From Eledone cirrhosa (lineage: Eukaryota): a DNA stretch of 64,000 nt. Positions 61,952-64,000 of this stretch are shown here, one piece after another. The notes beneath the pieces are model-generated. The model worked only from the letters and a program-made list of their open reading frames with translations. It had not been told where the DNA came from and did no database searches. How positions within the stretch are numbered: position 1 is the stretch's first letter; each line of letters starts with the position of its first letter. Location of the stretch: contig OZ024740.1 of the NCBI GenBank assembly GCA_964016885.1, positions 437,410,001 to 437,474,000 on the forward strand, written 5' to 3'. The position numbers and the translations under genes were made by a program.

Positions 61952-64000
61952 AGTTGACTGTCTTATAACCACTTCTAGTGATGACAGTTGACCACTGTAT
62001 AACCACTTCTAGTAATGACAGTTGACCACTGTATAACCACTTCTAGTAATGAAGTTGACCGTCTTATAACCACTTCTAGTAATGACAGTTGACCACTGTA
62101 TAACCACTTCTAGTAATGATAGTTCACCACTGTATAACCGCTTCTAGTAATGACAGTTGACCACTGTATAACCACTTCTAGTAATGACAGTTGACCACTG
62201 TATAACCACTTCTAGTAATGACAGTTGACCACTGTATAACCACTTCTAGTAATGACAGTTGACCACTGTATAACCACTTCTAGTAATGACAGTTGACCAC
62301 TGTATAACCAATTCTAGTAATGACAGTTGACCACTGTATAACCGCTTCTAGTAATGACAGTTGACCGTCTTATAACCACTTCTAGTAATGACAGTTGACC
62401 GTCTTATAACCACTTCTAGTAATGACAGTTGACCACTGTATAACCACTTCTAGTAATGATAGTTGACCACTGTATAACCGCTTCTAGTAATGACAGTTGA
62501 CCGTCTTATAACCACTTCTAGTAATGACAGTTGACCACTGTATAACCACTTCTAGTAATGACAGTTGACCACTGTATAACCCCTTCTAGTAATGACAGTT
62601 GACCACTGTATAACCACTTCTAGTAATGAAGTTGACCGTCTTATAACCACTTCTAGTAATGACAGTTGACCACTGTATAACCACTTCTAGTAATGATAGT
62701 TGACCACTGTATAACCGCTTCTAGTAATGACAGTTGACCACTGTATAACCACTTCTAGTAATGACAGTTGACCACTGTATAACCACTTCTAGTAATGACA
62801 GTTGACGACTGTATAACCACTTCTAGTAATGACAGTTGACCACTGTATAACCACTTCTAGTAATGACAGTTGACCGTCTTATAACCACTTCTAGTAGTGA
62901 CAGTTGACCGTCTTATAACCACTTCTAGTAATGACAGTTGACCACTGTATAACCACTTCTAGTAATGACAGTTGACCGTCTTATAACCACTTCTAGTAAT
63001 GACAGTTGACCGTCTTATAACCACTTCTAGTAATGACAGTTGACCACTGTATAACCACTTCTAGTAATGACAGTTGACCACTGTATAACCACTTCTAGTA
63101 ATGACAGTTGACCACTGTATAACCCCTTCTAGTAATGACAGCTGACCACTGTATAACCACTTCTAGTAATGAAGTTGACCGTCTTATAACCACTTCTAGT
63201 AATGACAGTTGACCACTGTATAACCACTTCTAGTAATGACAGTTGACCACTGTATAACCACTTCTAGTAATGACAGTTGACGACTGTATAACCACTTCTA
63301 GTAATGACAGTTGACCACTGTATAACCACTTCTAGTAATGACAGTTGACCGCTGTATAACCGCTTCTAGTAATGACAGTTGACCACTGTATAACCGCTTC
63401 TAGTAATGACAGTTGACCACTGTATAACCACTTCTAGTAATGACAGTTGACCACTGTATAACCAATTCTAGTAATGACAGTTGACGACTGTATAACCGCT
63501 TCTAGTAATGACAGTTGACCGTCTTATAACCACTTCTAGTAATGACAGTTGACCGTCTTATAACCACTTCTAGTAATGACAGTTGACCACTGTATAACCA
63601 CTTCTAGTAATGACAGTTGACCACTGTATAACCACTTCTAGTAGTGCCAGTTGACCACTGTATAACCACTTCTAGTAATGACAGTTGACCACTGTATAAC
63701 CACTTCTAGTAGTGACAGTTGACCATCTTATAACCTCTTCTAGTAATGACAGTTGACCACTGTATAACCACTTCTAGTAATGACAGTTGACCATCTTATA
63801 ACCACTTCTAGTAGTGACAGTTGACCGTCTTATGACCACTTCTAGTAGTGACAGTTGACCGTTTTATAACCACTTCTAGTAATGACAGTTGACCACTGTA
63901 TAACCACTTCTAGTAATGACAGTTGACCACTGTATAACCACTTCTAGTAATGACAGTTGACCGTCTTATAACCTCTTCTAGTAATGATATTTGACCGTCT
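61952..64000. repeat. 34/33-bp minisatellite running off the window end
   Basis: unit gttgaccactgtataaccacttctagtaatgaca. Confidence 0.98.

Noticed and set aside
60668-61972. 434-aa ORF
   Set aside because: It is a translation of the 50-bp minisatellite cycling through frames, with no domain content.

Overview
AT-rich, repeat-saturated animal DNA; the SINE/LINE repertoire suggests a cephalopod such as Octopus, which is inference only. No host protein-coding gene is supported. Bases 1-33 kb are a nest of young retroelements separated by long imperfect (TA)n tracts. They comprise two RTE-clade LINE subfamilies with (GAT)n tails and a PHD finger inside the RT region, a near-full-length CR1-clade LINE whose ORF1 has a Myb/SANT-like start, polyQ and two CCCH fingers, and CORE-type SINEs sharing the RTE tail. 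The main hidden signal is four unrelated non-coding families that each carry a minimal type-I hammerhead ribozyme (HHR) with a palindromic stem III (7 motifs). One is a 467-bp tandem retrozyme/Penelope-pLTR-like unit, and three of the four families show inverted (fold-back) insertion architecture. Bases 33-64 kb hold older debris (MULE, CRE, CR1, Tigger, Helitron, TTAA MITEs, SINEs), a 200-N gap and several minisatellite arrays (41, 72, 30, 50 and 34 bp units). All the YI/IY-rich ORFs are microsatellite artefacts.
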